DNA from: Paraspadella gotoi
Lineage: Eukaryota; Animalia; Chaetognatha
NCBI GenBank assembly: GCA_051294375.1
Contig: CM119271.1
Location: forward strand, 14,142,770-14,206,769
Direction: 5' to 3'
DNA: 64,000 bases
Part shown: positions 18,480 through 30,804 of the stretch, piece by piece
Layout: every line of letters starts with the position of its first letter
Position numbering within the stretch: the stretch's first letter is position 1
Made by a program: the position numbers and the translations under genes
The notes under the pieces: model-generated
The model's input: only the letters and a program-made list of their open reading frames with translations
Database searches by the model: none
Told to the model about the DNA's origin: nothing

Positions 18480-19240
18480 TTCCCACTTTCTTTTGTTATT
18501 GTTGTACTATTTGTGCGTTAAGTTGTCGTAGAAATTGAAAATAATTTAAATATTGTTTTCGTTATCCAGTCATTTTCGATGGAATAAAAAAGTTTAAAAA
18601 AAAAATAATCCGGTATTTTTTTATATTAATTTCGTTTCCTGTAAAAATAAATCGAGCAACATACTAACAAAGTTAGATGGGTGTAAAACATTATCAGATT
18701 TTAAAGTAAACGGTAAAATGTGTAAAAAGTATAAAGAGAACATTAAATGTAAATGAAGATGTCAAAAATGACGCTCAAATCACCAAAGTTTTTCTTCCTT
18801 GCGTTTTTACCAAATTTCGGGATTTAGTAGGACTTATAATTAATAATACTATTATTAATTAGTTAATTATTAATTAATAGGCTAACACTTGCTTTACAAT
18901 TTACAGGGGAATAGTTTTTTCGGACCAAAAAGAAATCGCTTTAATTTCTTATAGCAAATTATGTAAGCACTAACCCTAATAGTAATAATACAAAAAAGCA
19001 AAGCAAAGCAAAGAATCTTGAGGTAAACTAAAAAAAGGTAAACGATGAATAAAAAACAACAACAATAATAACCTCAATCCCAAAATTATAATTTTTCACA
19101 AGGAATAAACAAGAAGCCGTAAAGTTTAAATAAGAATAACGATGAGCAATGAACCATAACAGCGACGAAAAATAAACAGGGTGCGAAAAAAATTTGTATG
19201 ACAATGAGTTCGTTCATTTAGTCGAGATCGAAAAAAAATT

Positions 19241-19312
<72 letters not shown>

Positions 19313-19366
19313 ACGGAACATCGCGTCGCCGATGACTTTTGTTTTTTGACGTCTTCGATCTTCCTT

Positions 19367-20104
19367 TCACAACTCCACCTTTCGTTGATACTTTAACTAA
19401 AAACAAAATTTAATTTAATTGATAGATTAAAGTTATAAATAATGAAACTGAGGCGAAATCCAAGACCCACCTTCTCTTCAAACACTTCGCCCGTCTCCTC
19501 CATGTGACTCATGGGATTGACCCTCTCCTCCCTGGTCCGCTCATCCGCCGGTCGGTCCGACGACTCCACCTCGTGGAACGCCTCTTCCGGCGAGGAGTCG
19601 CGTCGGCGGGGGGTGGCGAAGGAAGACGCCTCCTCTCGGGAGAGGAAGAGATGATCTGGAAATGGGGAAGGGGGGGGTTTGCCGGATTAAAGAGGGAAGA
19701 CCGAAAAGATTAAAATGGAAAGGACGAAATGGCTCGTGCCTTTGGCGTCTCTTTTGTCGTCGCCGCCGTCCGTCGTTTCGTTGGCGTCGTCGTGGACGTT
19801 GTCGTTGTCTTCGTGGTCGTCGTCTTCGTCGTCGCTACCGTCGTCGTCGTGATCGTCGTTTTTATCGTCGCCGTCGCCAGGTTTCGTAGGCGACGGCGCT
19901 TTGGCTTGCGCGGTTTCCGTCATGGCACCTGGTAAGAAAAAGGGAGAAGGGAAAGCAATGTAAATGAGCAATTAATTAACAAATAATAAAATAATCATTA
20001 ATCATATCATCAACGTTAATTAAAAATAATTAATAAAAAATACCTCTTTCCAAAGAGAGAAGCATAAAGAAAAGAAGGAGGATATTGACGACGATCAACT
20101 TCAT
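19367..20104 (-). CDS. Small secreted acidic precursor with Gla-type propeptide-like motif (4 exons)
   Basis: Signal peptide MKLIVVNILLLFFMLLSL, Asp-rich exon, then DHLFLSREEASSFATPRRR followed by a Glu-rich peptide. The model requires a GC donor at 19739. Confidence 0.6.
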
Positions 20105-20426
20105 CTTTAATTCTTTTCAGTTTTTTTTGGGGGGGTAAGTTTCTAAAAATAATTGTTCAACAAAAAACGCAGTATAATCATAACAATCAATCATAATAAT
20201 CAATCTGATGAAATCTTCTTGAGAAAATTTTTAATTTTAAAATCGACAAACATGTTTTTAAAAGAACAGAAATTCTCATATTTGAGGAATGGAATTGATA
20301 AGTTGAAAAACTATGCCGGAGGAAAATGTTTAGAGTTTAGTAGAAGGGAGATGAAATTTAAGCTATAGTAGCAGTAACTTTATTGGCATGTAATTAAAAT
20401 AGCGTGATAAACAAACCAAAGCAAAA

Positions 20427-21616
20427 TCATTCAATAACATCAAAATTTGCTGGTACAAACCCATCCACACATTGCTTCCATTCAGTAAAACGTAAATAAT
20501 TGTCACTTCTTCGTTTGATATGAAGATTCTTTTGTTTTGTATCAAATGATAAGCAGCTTCGGTTATCCAAATGTCTATGGAGTAGGTGAATCCTAAAAAA
20601 TTTTCGCAAGCAGTACCGACAAGCCCAAACTTGAGTTTTGGGGTGAAAGCCTGACATTAACGTGGAAACGTTCTTAACAAGAACAAAGTGACGCTCATTG
20701 TGTAAAAGCATCAGATCAACATCGTGTTCGGCCTTCCTTCTCTTACTCGCACGCAAGAGAAAAAAATGAAGGAAATTGTCTTCCAAAGATTTTTCGTAAC
20801 CGACGATATTAATCGACAAAGATGGATTCAAGGATTCGAACAGATCCACCTGAGAATCTTTGACAACGGGAAACGAAATTCCTTCATAATTCAATACGGG
20901 CAAAAGTCCTTTATAATTTGATAGACGCTCCGCGCCTCGATTAGTTGGATGCAACTTGGCCACGATCGACCATAAAAAACTAAGGTTGTCTTTTGTTTTA
21001 ACATTGATTAAAGCTCTCGACCGCTTCATGCGCTCCAAGAAGGGGATGTAGGTGAATTTGGAAGAAACCTTTTCTTTTCCATTCGGAACTTCAAAGTCTT
21101 CAACTGAGTAAAAGTCCTTCCGCATGCCTTTGTAAAATATTGTATTAAAATAAAAAAATATTTTTAAAAAAAAATCTACTCTGCTTTTACATAAGAGCCG
21201 AAAAAAAAAATGTTTAGGCGTAGAGAAATTTTGGAAAGAAAGAAGGCAGCATAACAATTAAAAAAATCTTACTGTATTTAAAAAAAAAAAGCCTTCAACT
21301 TACTACCTTTCTTTCCCTTTGCGTATGGAAAGGTTTCTTTTTGCAGCGGACGATGATTAGGAATAGGAGACATTTCGCCATTCTCCAAAAAATTGCGCTG
21401 GATTGAAATATCACAATTTTCAACTTCCATAGGTGCAGACACAGGCGGGTTGGAATCTGGGCAAGACTCCACAGTTTTTTCGCGGCATAAGTAATTGTCA
21501 TCATTTAGACTTATGGTGATACAATTTTCAATTGGGTCAGACTTAATGTCAACATTTTTTAACAGCTTCCTGTTTTCCAAGGCTTCAACCAATGTGATAA
21601 AGATAATATCCAGCAT
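20427..21616 (-). CDS. Polinton/Maverick pPolB N-terminal-region-like protein with C2HC finger, copy A (336 aa, 2 exons)
   Basis: Exons 21616-21307 and 21127-20427, phase-1 GT-AG intron. Motifs DNLSFLWSIVAKLHP, GISFPV, FESLNPSLSINIVGY, DLMLL..HFVLVKN and CxxC..H..C. Confidence 0.75.
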
Positions 21617-21705
21617 TGTAAAACTTCTGCAAATGCTACATAAAACAAATATAAAACGGCTTAGCGAATTAGCAAACGTTAAAAAACAAGTCGGTAAAAT
21701 ATTGA

Positions 21706-23175
21706 TCAATCCTCCAAATTTACTGGAACAAATCCATCTTTATAAACTTTCCATTCGGTAAATCGTAAGTAATTGTCAGTTCTTCTCTTAATCTTAAGAC
21801 GTTCGTTGTTTGGGTAAGTAAAAATAGAGCAAGGTTCAAGAATGTGATTATTTAAAAGATGACGCATTCCAAAATCCCGCAGACAGTTTCTGCAAGCATA
21901 AACCAGCGAACGTCTTTTAAAGCTTGACAAAAGAGCTCTAACATTTTTAACAAGTATGAAATGTCGTTCGTTATGCAACAGCATCAAATCTATCTCATGA
22001 GTCGCATTTTTTCTTTTGCTTTTGCGCAAATGAAAAAAGTTTAGCGTGTTATCGACATTGGATTTTTCGTAGCCAATTACGTTGATCGACAGCGTCGGAT
22101 TTATGGATTCGAATTTATCTATGTCAGAATTTTCAACGACGGGAAATGAGATTCCTCGAATAATTAACTCTCGCAAATAGCGCCTGTAGCTCGAAGCTCG
22201 CTTAGGATGTTTAGTAGCAGGGTGCATCTTCGCAACAACTGACCAAAGGAACGAAATATTGTCTCTGGTGTTTACGTTAATTAAACCTCTGATACCTTTC
22301 AAACGATTTAAAATCGGGATGTACGTTTTGTCGGATAAAGGTTCTTTGCCAGTTGGGACATCAAAATCATCAACCTGACAAAAAACCCGTCTTGCCCTTT
22401 TGTGACCTAAAATAAATTCAGACAATAATTCAAAGAACAGTAAACACTAAACAATAAGGCGTAGTAAAATTTCTAAATTTAACTTTAATTAAAATTATAA
22501 AAGTGAGGAACGAACAATATTATACTAATGAACATTTATATAATAAAAAATTTATAATAAATTTTAAAATTTACGCAGTAGGCCATATTTATACTAATAC
22601 TAATACAATAAATGTTAAAATTTCAAAACAGTTTTTTCTAAGATTTTTTTACAGATTTGGATTCGTCATAAAAAGTTGATAAAAAGAAATATAAATATAA
22701 ATATAGCCTACTGCGAAAATTAAAAAACAAAATTAATTTTTTTTACAAATTAATGTTCACTGATAGTATGTTGTTCATAATTGACTTTTAGAATTTCCGT
22801 ACGTAACTTTCACTACGCCTTAGTAAACAAGCTTTTCCAATGTATTAAACAACCAAAAGAGTTGTCTCTTGACGTACCAAACTTACTACGCAAACTGAGA
22901 CCCTGGTCAACCCTCTCGTCTTCCTTCGAAGGTTTTTCAATCACATTGCCCTCTGGTGGAATGTCATGAATGGAGGCGACTTTTGGGTTGGAATTCGAAA
23001 GACTTTGCGTCTCAGATTCAGACCGAGTAATTTCCTGTCCGTTAGAATTATCATCTTCGCTCTTGAGACTAACGACGATGTAATTCTTAATCGGATGAGA
23101 TTTAATGTTAATAAATGACAAGAGATTGGCATTTTCTAATGCTTCAACCAATGCGACAAAGACAGTGTCGAGCAT
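21706..23175 (-). CDS. Polinton/Maverick pPolB N-terminal-region-like protein, copy B (329 aa, 2 exons)
   Basis: Exons 23175-22887 and 22406-21706, phase-1 intron. Exon 2 is 701 nt, the same as copy A, with the same motifs. Confidence 0.75.
22498..22790. repeat. Foldback/MITE-like inverted repeat (~95-bp imperfect arms) in the copy B intron
   Basis: TAAAAGT..GAACAA..TGAACATT..CGCAGTAGGCCATATTTATA is mirrored by TATAAATATAGCCTACTGCG..AATGTTCA..TTGTTC..ACTTTTA. Confidence 0.7.
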
Positions 23176-23255
23176 AGCGAAGTTTTAATATCTAAAAAAA
23201 TGAAAAACGTACCTTAGAAACGTGTCATGCGAATACATACGTTTGTAGTATCACG

Positions 23256-25517
23256 TTAACGATTTATAAGTTTCTTAAGAATCAATTCGACGACTTCTCG
23301 ATCGACGACGGCGTCGAGGAATTCCCGCAAATCAAACATCTTATCGACGCCGGTTCGACGACCTCGGACATCTTTCCGGTAGAGGGAGGATTTTTCAACG
23401 CCACCGCTTACGCCCGGGGTCAAACTCTCGCCCAATAGTTCGTCATCGCAGCAGCGACCGGCGTCTTTGGGACGAGAGACGAACCCGTCGCAGACGCAAA
23501 CGCGAATATCGACAGCAGCGCCGTCTAAGTCTTTAGAAACCGACGGCTTCGCTTTGGTTTTAGGTATTACGCTCTCGGTCGTTCCGACCATTCCGACGTC
23601 GTCTTCCCTCATCGAACTTGGAGATAAAAAATCTTCGAGCGCGAAATTCAAAAACCGAAGATTCTGGTTGATGCCACAAGGAGTTTCGGTCGGATTTAGT
23701 AATGGAACGGGATCCAGGGGATCGTTCTCATCAACATCCCATTTATCCCCAGATTCTTCCTTCGCCTGCGGTCGATCCACAATTCCGCCTTCACCGTCGA
23801 TCGCCCGAAGTCCTTCGTCGGTCTCGCCATCCGCGGAGAAGAAGGCGTTGACGAGGGTCTTGACGATGGCCTCTTTGCATCTCTCCTCCGCGTCCTCTTC
23901 GATGGGAATCCACGTGTTGAGGCTGACGGAGAGTTGGAGGTTGGTCACGTGATGCCACCATCGACGAGGAACGAAGAGGACGTCGCCGGCGGAGAGGATC
24001 ACCTCCACGCCCGAGGGATGCGATGACGATCCGCTGGAGAGACGCGCGCGAATTCGATAAAGAATAAACGACGACGACGACAATGAAAATTTTTTTCTTT
24101 TTACCTCGGAGACTCTGAGGCAGAGTTGTTGTGGTTGTTTCCCGCCAAAGTGGATTGCAAATCAACGGAGGAGAATATGGTGGATTCCTCGAAGGGAATC
24201 CGCGTCGGGGAGAGAAAAGAGGAAGAGGGAGGGAAGAGGATCCATCGCTTTTGGCCTGAGAGAGAAAAAAAAATGTAGGATTATCACTTTTATTCCCGCA
24301 AATTACACGTATATTAGACAAGAGGGCGAAATCTCTCAAGATCACTCATACCGACCGATTCTCAGTTCTCGACAGGCAAGCGTTCGACTCTCAGTCTCAG
24401 TCTCACCTTGAATCTGCGCGACGAGGTTGACTCCGTAGGCGTCTTGGTGACATTGAGTGAAAGCGCCTGCGAACCAAACGGTGAATTAAGTTAAAATCGC
24501 TAATCACTTCACACGAAGACGTTGAAAACCTTCACCGACCTCACCGGCCGTTCCGACCCAGAGAGTCGAGTCTCTCGCCCCGCGATCTTCGAGTCCGAAA
24601 TCTGACCAAGAGATCGATTCCATCATTTCTTTGGCCGAATCGATCGATGCCGCCGAGTCGTCGTCGTCGTCGTCGTCGTCAATCATCTCCGCCAAGTGTT
24701 TGTAATCGAAGTAGCACCACCACTCGCGAGGGTCGTAGTTCTGAAAGACGTCGTCGTTCTGGTCAGAACATGAGCGTCTTTTCTTGGCTAAAGGAGGGCT
24801 GAAAAGAGAGACAGAGAAAATAGGGAGGGAAGAAGCGATAAAAAAAAGAGTTGGCGTAAATCTCACCCATCGCTACGACCATTGCCATTCCCACCGCCCT
24901 CCTCTCCCGCGACCCACTTCAAAAACGAGGAAAATTTAGCGTCGACGAAATCGCATTTTCCTGATAGAAAATAAGAGAATACGATATTCGCTACGCTGTG
25001 GCAGCAAGACTTAAAGCTGCCTCACTGCTGTCCGTCCTCAGCCTCGTCTCAATGGCTGAGCAGGCTAAATCATCTCATTCCATCCGTGCGTCCCGGGTTC
25101 AATCCCCGGGTATCCCGGTTCTGGCTTAAATGTGACGGTGCCGCAGCCCCTATGCCAGTTGGTGAGATACCCCGCGCCCCGGGTATCACAGGCTATCCTC
25201 CCGTTGCCATTAGTGGTGAGCCCGACTTAAAGCTGCCTCAACGCCTCGTTTTTTCTCACCAACCCAGTCTAATGATAATCTCATTATAACTCTCTCTTTG
25301 TCTAACCTTCCCACAAGATTCCCTTCTGTCTTTTCCTCCGCCCCAACCGAAACCGGAAGCGGCGTCGGCCCACGGCGGCAGCAAGCCGCGACGTTGTCAG
25401 CGCGGCAGCTTTTAGGCGCCGCTTGGCGGAATTCAAGGCGCCGCGAAAAAGAAGCGGATGACGAGCGTCGCGGAGAAAGGGAGGAAGAGGAGGAGGAGCA
25501 GGAAGAGAAGAAGTCAT
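23256..25517 (-). CDS. HSPBAP1: HSPB1-associated protein 1 (JmjC domain)
   Basis: WWCYFDYKH, WSDFG..STLWVGTAGAFTQCHQDAYGVNLVAQIQG, TRIPFEESTIFS and GDVLFVPRRWWHHV..SLNTWI; the HxD...H metal triad is intact. Confidence 0.92.
24997..25211 (+). mobile_element. Short dispersed element, copy 1 (solo-LTR/SINE-like)
   Basis: Highly similar to the reverse complement of 46904-47138. Contains TGGCTGAGCAGG and GGTTCAATCCC. Confidence 0.8.
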
Positions 25518-25901
25518 TTTGAAAGATTCTTTGGTTGATTGGTTTTTTTTCTCCTTTTTTTTCTTTTTAAGTTTGTAGCGGCGAGAATTATACCAACTTG
25601 AGATAAAACAATTTCATTAAAAAAAATTCAAAACAATTGATTACTAGCACCCTAAATTTTTTGTTGGTTTGTTTGTTTGGTAGGAGGAGGGGAATGTTCT
25701 CGTGTCAGAAAAATCAACTATTAGCTGCGTGGAAATACGAAGAATTGCTTGAAGAAAATATTTTATAAAGTTCGGTTTAATCAGATCGTCCCACGCAAAA
25801 AAAAAAAAAAAAAGATGGGATCGAGAATTAACGTATAAATGTCGCTAAGACATTAGAAAAGCCAAAAGTCCAAATGACGAAGTCAAAATTTGAGGCCCAC
25901 G

Positions 25902-27942
25902 TCACAAATCGGAATCGTTGACGCTCTGCTGCAGGTATTCGCCATAGAGTTTCTGTTTACGGATTTTGACGTTGGAGAGAGCCCACTCCTACGTTGAACA
26001 AAGTATGCCATTAAGCCGAAAATCTATTAATTTATTATTAAAAAAAAAAAAAAGTTGGCCAAACCTTGTGATCGAGCAAGGCCCGTTTCTGCTTCTTGTT
26101 CATGACTGGCAATGCGGCGCTGTTAAGGCTCCATCGAGCGATAAAGATCAAAATGGCCACGCTGGAAATGATGTAATATTAACAACTTATTATCTAAGTT
26201 TACAAAACTGAATCTCTGTCCCCTCACCCTCCGAGAATGGCGGCAAGGAAATGAGCGGCGTATTGATCGGGCACGATGCTCCACGCTCCTCGAAACGGAG
26301 CCAACGCCTTCTCCGTGATCTCAACCGCCTCCAGACCCAAAGACTCCTCCAGCGACTCGCGGGAAAAGAGGCCGAGGAGAAAGTGGAGGAGGAAACCGAA
26401 GAAGATGCCGAGGGCGAGGACGAGCTGGAGGAAGGAGCGAGACTTGAGGCGAAAGTTGTGCGAGCGGTGAGAGTCGTCCGTCTCCAGTTTGAGGTCCACC
26501 TGAAGAAGAATCGGGGTCGCGGGGAGATTATTAAAAATCGGGTCGAACATAATGCCAATCGATCAATCGATCCAAGCCCAATCACCAGCTGCGCGATGTG
26601 ATCGCAATCCCGTTCGAGGGAGTTAAGGGTGTTCTGGACCGTCTGGTTGATCGTCTTCTCGATCTCCCGAGCGACGTCGTCGATCTGATTGGCGCATCTC
26701 GTCGGCTTGGAGACCATCTCCGGGATGTAGATGGTGGGCATGTCGAAGCAAGTTTTGTTCAGGGAGGGACGCCTGGGGTGACAATAGATTAATCCATCAT
26801 TCCTGGGATTCGTGATTTTACAACCTTTCTCTTTACCTGCAAATCTCCTGAACGATCTGCATGAGGACGCGCTGCCTGTCCGACTCCGATCCGGCCTCGT
26901 CCGCCTTCGAGAGATAAAAGCGAATTCGATCGGAGCTTTGACGCTCCGACAACGCCTCCACGATGTTGAGGGTGCGCTTGCAGAGAGCCTGTGAATAGGT
27001 GTAATTGTAAAGTACAACTGGGACAAAGAGAAGTAAAACACTCGTGTAACTCGTCAATTGAAAACAATTTGTTCTTCAATTCAAGTTAGTTCAATTACTA
27101 CTAAACCAAAAATTGTAAAACCAGACTCCATCCCCTTCCTCTCAAAATCATCTCCAAAACGACCGCACCCACTCGAAACTCGCCTGTCCGATGGGATCGA
27201 AGAAAACGAAGATCAAATCCGCCAAATCGCCCAACCACAAAATGGCGCGATTCACGTCAAAGGGATAAGCCATCTCTCCATCGACGAGCCCGGGCGTGTC
27301 GATGAAGGTGACGAGCGGAAACTTCTTGGCTTTGGAGGTGGTGATCTCGGTGGTGAGATAGTCCAAAACCCCGGGGATTTGGGAAAGGGGTTTGAAGTGG
27401 GGGTATAGGTGGAGGGTGGCGTTGCCGGTGAGCGACTCTCTTTTCCGACCGGAAGTGACGAAGGTGAATCCTTGCGTCTCGATGGCCACGCCCGTCTTCT
27501 GGATGTGTTCCTCGACGAACCAGTTGATGAAGGAACTTTTACCGGCCGAGTGGTTGCCTATGATACGAGAAAAGAATGTGAAAACTAAGAACTCGCGGTA
27601 AACAGATTATAACCATCTCCATCTAAAGACCTATCAAAAGAACCGTGATCTTCTTCCTCGGAGGTAGAAGCGTCAACCCGACAGATCTCGCCGCCTCCAC
27701 GAGTCCCTTCTTTCCATCCGCGTAAACTTCAAACACATCCTGTTGGGGGAAAACATTTACTCGAGACAACTTCAAATAAGCCCTTGTAAGAAATAATATT
27801 TATTTTAAATTCATATTAAATTATTAGTGTCCTGGTCCAAAACCTTGAGAATCCGCTCGTTGACGCTAAGAGTCTTGGCCTCCAACGCCGACGAAGTGTT
27901 GGACGCTTGGCGTTGTTTTAATTTTCCCATGTCGCCGGACAT
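25902..27942 (-). CDS. Dynamin/EHD-like P-loop GTPase with two C-terminal hydrophobic segments (uncharacterised family)
   Basis: G1 GNHSAGKSS, G2 ET, G3 DTPG and G4-like SKAD; helical region and TM-like segments follow; about 8 exons including one GC-AG intron. Confidence 0.85.
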
Positions 27943-28185
27943 TTCGGGCAGAAGGAGGAAAGAAGAGGGGCGAGGCGTGGGAGGGAAGAGGAAGGGAGAG
28001 GGAAAGACGAGGAGAATCGGAGACAAGTTCGTATCGACGGAAAAAAAGTCAAATCTCCGTCTCAATCCTTAACGAAAAAAAATTAAAAACAAAAAAAACA
28101 AAACTGTGGAAGTCGTGAAAACGAGTGTGAAACAAATTGTGAAACAAAAAGGACGAGATAAAGACCGGGTCGATATATTTTTTGG

Positions 28186-30804
28186 TCATCTTTCTCCTCT
28201 CTTAATCCCTAACGAGTCTATCAATTCACTCAACTTCTCCACTCTCTCATTCAAAGTCAGCGCCATCTTTCTTTTCTCGATCGGTCGATGCTCCGAGGAT
28301 CTCCTCCGCCTTTTTCCCCTTCGTTCGAACAAGTTTCCGTCGGGATCGAGGTAGTAAGGCGACGCGTCCGAGGTTTCCATAGCGACGACGCTTCCTCGGC
28401 CCGTTCCCCATCCGCAACGCTGCAGCGGCTCGTAAGGTCGGTGGAGGAGTTGGTTGACTTTCGAAGACAAATCTTCGTTGTCCTCATAGTTTCGTCTTCT
28501 GTAAAAAAAAGGTTACAATGTTTGCATACTGCTACATGCTATAATTGCTACATACAATTTTATTTCTCTGCCAATCCCAACTTCCCACCTTTCTCGTTCG
28601 CTTTCGGCGACGGCGTCCAGAATCGCAAATCCGACGGGATTTTCCAATTGACGTCGACGCCGCTCGAGAAGAGCGCAAAGACGCCGACGTACGGACGACT
28701 CCAGGCGCCTATGCGAGTGGGAGGCGAGAACGCCGGCGGCGGCGGAGGCGGCGCAAAGAGCGGCGCGGCGGCGACGATACAGAGAGAGTATTGAAGAAAA
28801 GGAAGAAAGAGAGATTCGCCAGGAGGAAAGGGAGAGGAATTCGCAGCCGCTGAAGACCAGGGGGAGGGGGGACGCCATCTGGGAGGAAATCAAAGTCTTA
28901 GTCTTACTCTTAGTAATGCTTGGTTATACAAGCAGTCAACAACGTCAATTTAGCAATGACAAACCCTATTCTCGGTCCTCACCAAATACTCGGGCCTTCC
29001 CGGCGTCCGATCCACGTCCAACATCCGGTCCACTACATCCGGATCCTCCAATCTCCGACCGACGAGAAACAAAAGGCCGACGACGAAGCGAATCTGATGC
29101 CAGAGAAATCCGTCGCCGCTCACCTTGAGGCGACACATCTGAGGAGAAAACGAATGACAAAGGAAGTTTAAGGAAAAGATGACAAAATGGGACATTCAAT
29201 AGTCGAGCAATGACAAAAATATGAAACCGGGGAACCTGTATCCCACAGACGCGCCCGACTTCCTCGACGTCGACCTCGTGGAGACACTTGACGAAGGGCG
29301 TGGCTAGGGTGTTTGGTTCTTCGCCGTAGAGGGCGATGCGGAGAGGTATATCGTTATTGATGTCGCAAAAGTTGCGGAAGTCGTGGAGACCGAGAAGACG
29401 AGAGGCGGCCGAACGCATGGAGGAAAGATCGAGATCGCCTGGCGTGTTAGAGAGTGATTGAAGGTCAATTTCAGGTTTAGTCAAGATACTTTTAACACTC
29501 TTAATGTGTTAAAAGAATCGCAGTGCAGCGAATGAAAATGAATGAAAATGATTGAAAAAGAAGTTCGGCGTCAAATAAAATCGGGTCGATCAAAGACGTT
29601 TGCATCTTGTAGTAAATTTTTCAAGTGGGACAAATTTGTCATCCGTTATAATATGTATTTATATATATATATATACATATTATATGTGGACCATTTATGG
29701 TTCAGTATTGTGAAAACTTCCCAAAAGCATTAAGTTGATGAAATATTTTACTAAAATTATGAATTATAACTCAGTAGTTTTCTAAACTTGCCGACTTTTT
29801 CAATGTTAAAAAAAAGTATAAACGTGGCTCATCGTAGTATATTTAGAAATCTCATAGTGGTGTGAAAAAAAAATCATAATGGTGTGAATTAAAAATTGAA
29901 ATCATTTCGTCAAATCACCTTTGGGAAAGTAATAAGTGTACTCGCGTCGCCAACAGTGAAATCTCGCCGAGAAATCCGGCTCTACCGGCGACCAGGCAAG
30001 AACCCGTATTTCTGGCGGAAGGAAAGAGTTCAACGCCGCCAACTCTGCCGGCGTTGAGGGGTCGGAGGCGGCGTCGGCCTTTCTCCACTTCCTCCTCATC
30101 CGCATAGAAACAACCTGATGGGTGGCGCTGACTCCGGCGTCTGTTCTGCCGCAACCGACGAAGGCGTGACAAGACGGCGACACCTCGGATGACGCCGGCT
30201 CGGAAGGCGTCAGTCCCGCGGCCTCGACAGCGCCGAGCAGAGCGTCTTGGACGGAATCCGCGCCGGGATGAGAGCGGGAGAATCCTGTCATGTTCCATCC
30301 CAAGTAGGAGACCTTAGCTTGGCGGGAGAAAATCGGGAATTAATCGGTCGATCGATCAGTCGATCTCTAGTCAGCATCGCCAATCGAACTCACCAACATC
30401 GCCACAGTTTCCTCTTCTTCTCCCTCCTCTTCAACGCATCTCTTTTCCCTTCGCTCTTCCTCGCATCCTCCTCCCAACCTTCTCGATTCCTCTTCCAATT
30501 CCTCCCTCTTCCTCCTCAATTCCTCCACCATCATCTTCAAGTCTTCCTCGCTCTTCTCCTTCAACTTCTCCGCCAAACGCAGGTTGGCGGAGAGGGCGCG
30601 GGAGTTCCGGACATCATCGGCGTCGGACACAGCGGAGGAAAGGGGGCGTGGCACGGAGGAAGAGGGAAGAGGATCGTCGACATTTTCGGAAGGAGACGCC
30701 TTTGCCGAAAACTGTGAGGCTGTGCCGTTGAAGAATCCGGCGAGTGGTCGATAGGGGGCGAGTCGAGAGTGACAGGCGCCGACGCCGCGAAAGGTGGAAA
30801 TCAT
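28186..30804 (-). CDS. PUS3: tRNA pseudouridine 38/39 synthase (TruA family)
   Basis: YLGWNMTG, CGRTDAGVSA, FSARFHCWRREYTYYF, GLHDFRNFC, GFLWHQIR, GRPEY and PLVFSGCEF. Confidence 0.88.

Noticed and set aside
20427-23175. Intact autonomous Polinton or endogenous virus
   Set aside because: No exonuclease/polymerase core, integrase, protease, ATPase, capsid or long TIRs; flanked closely by host genes.
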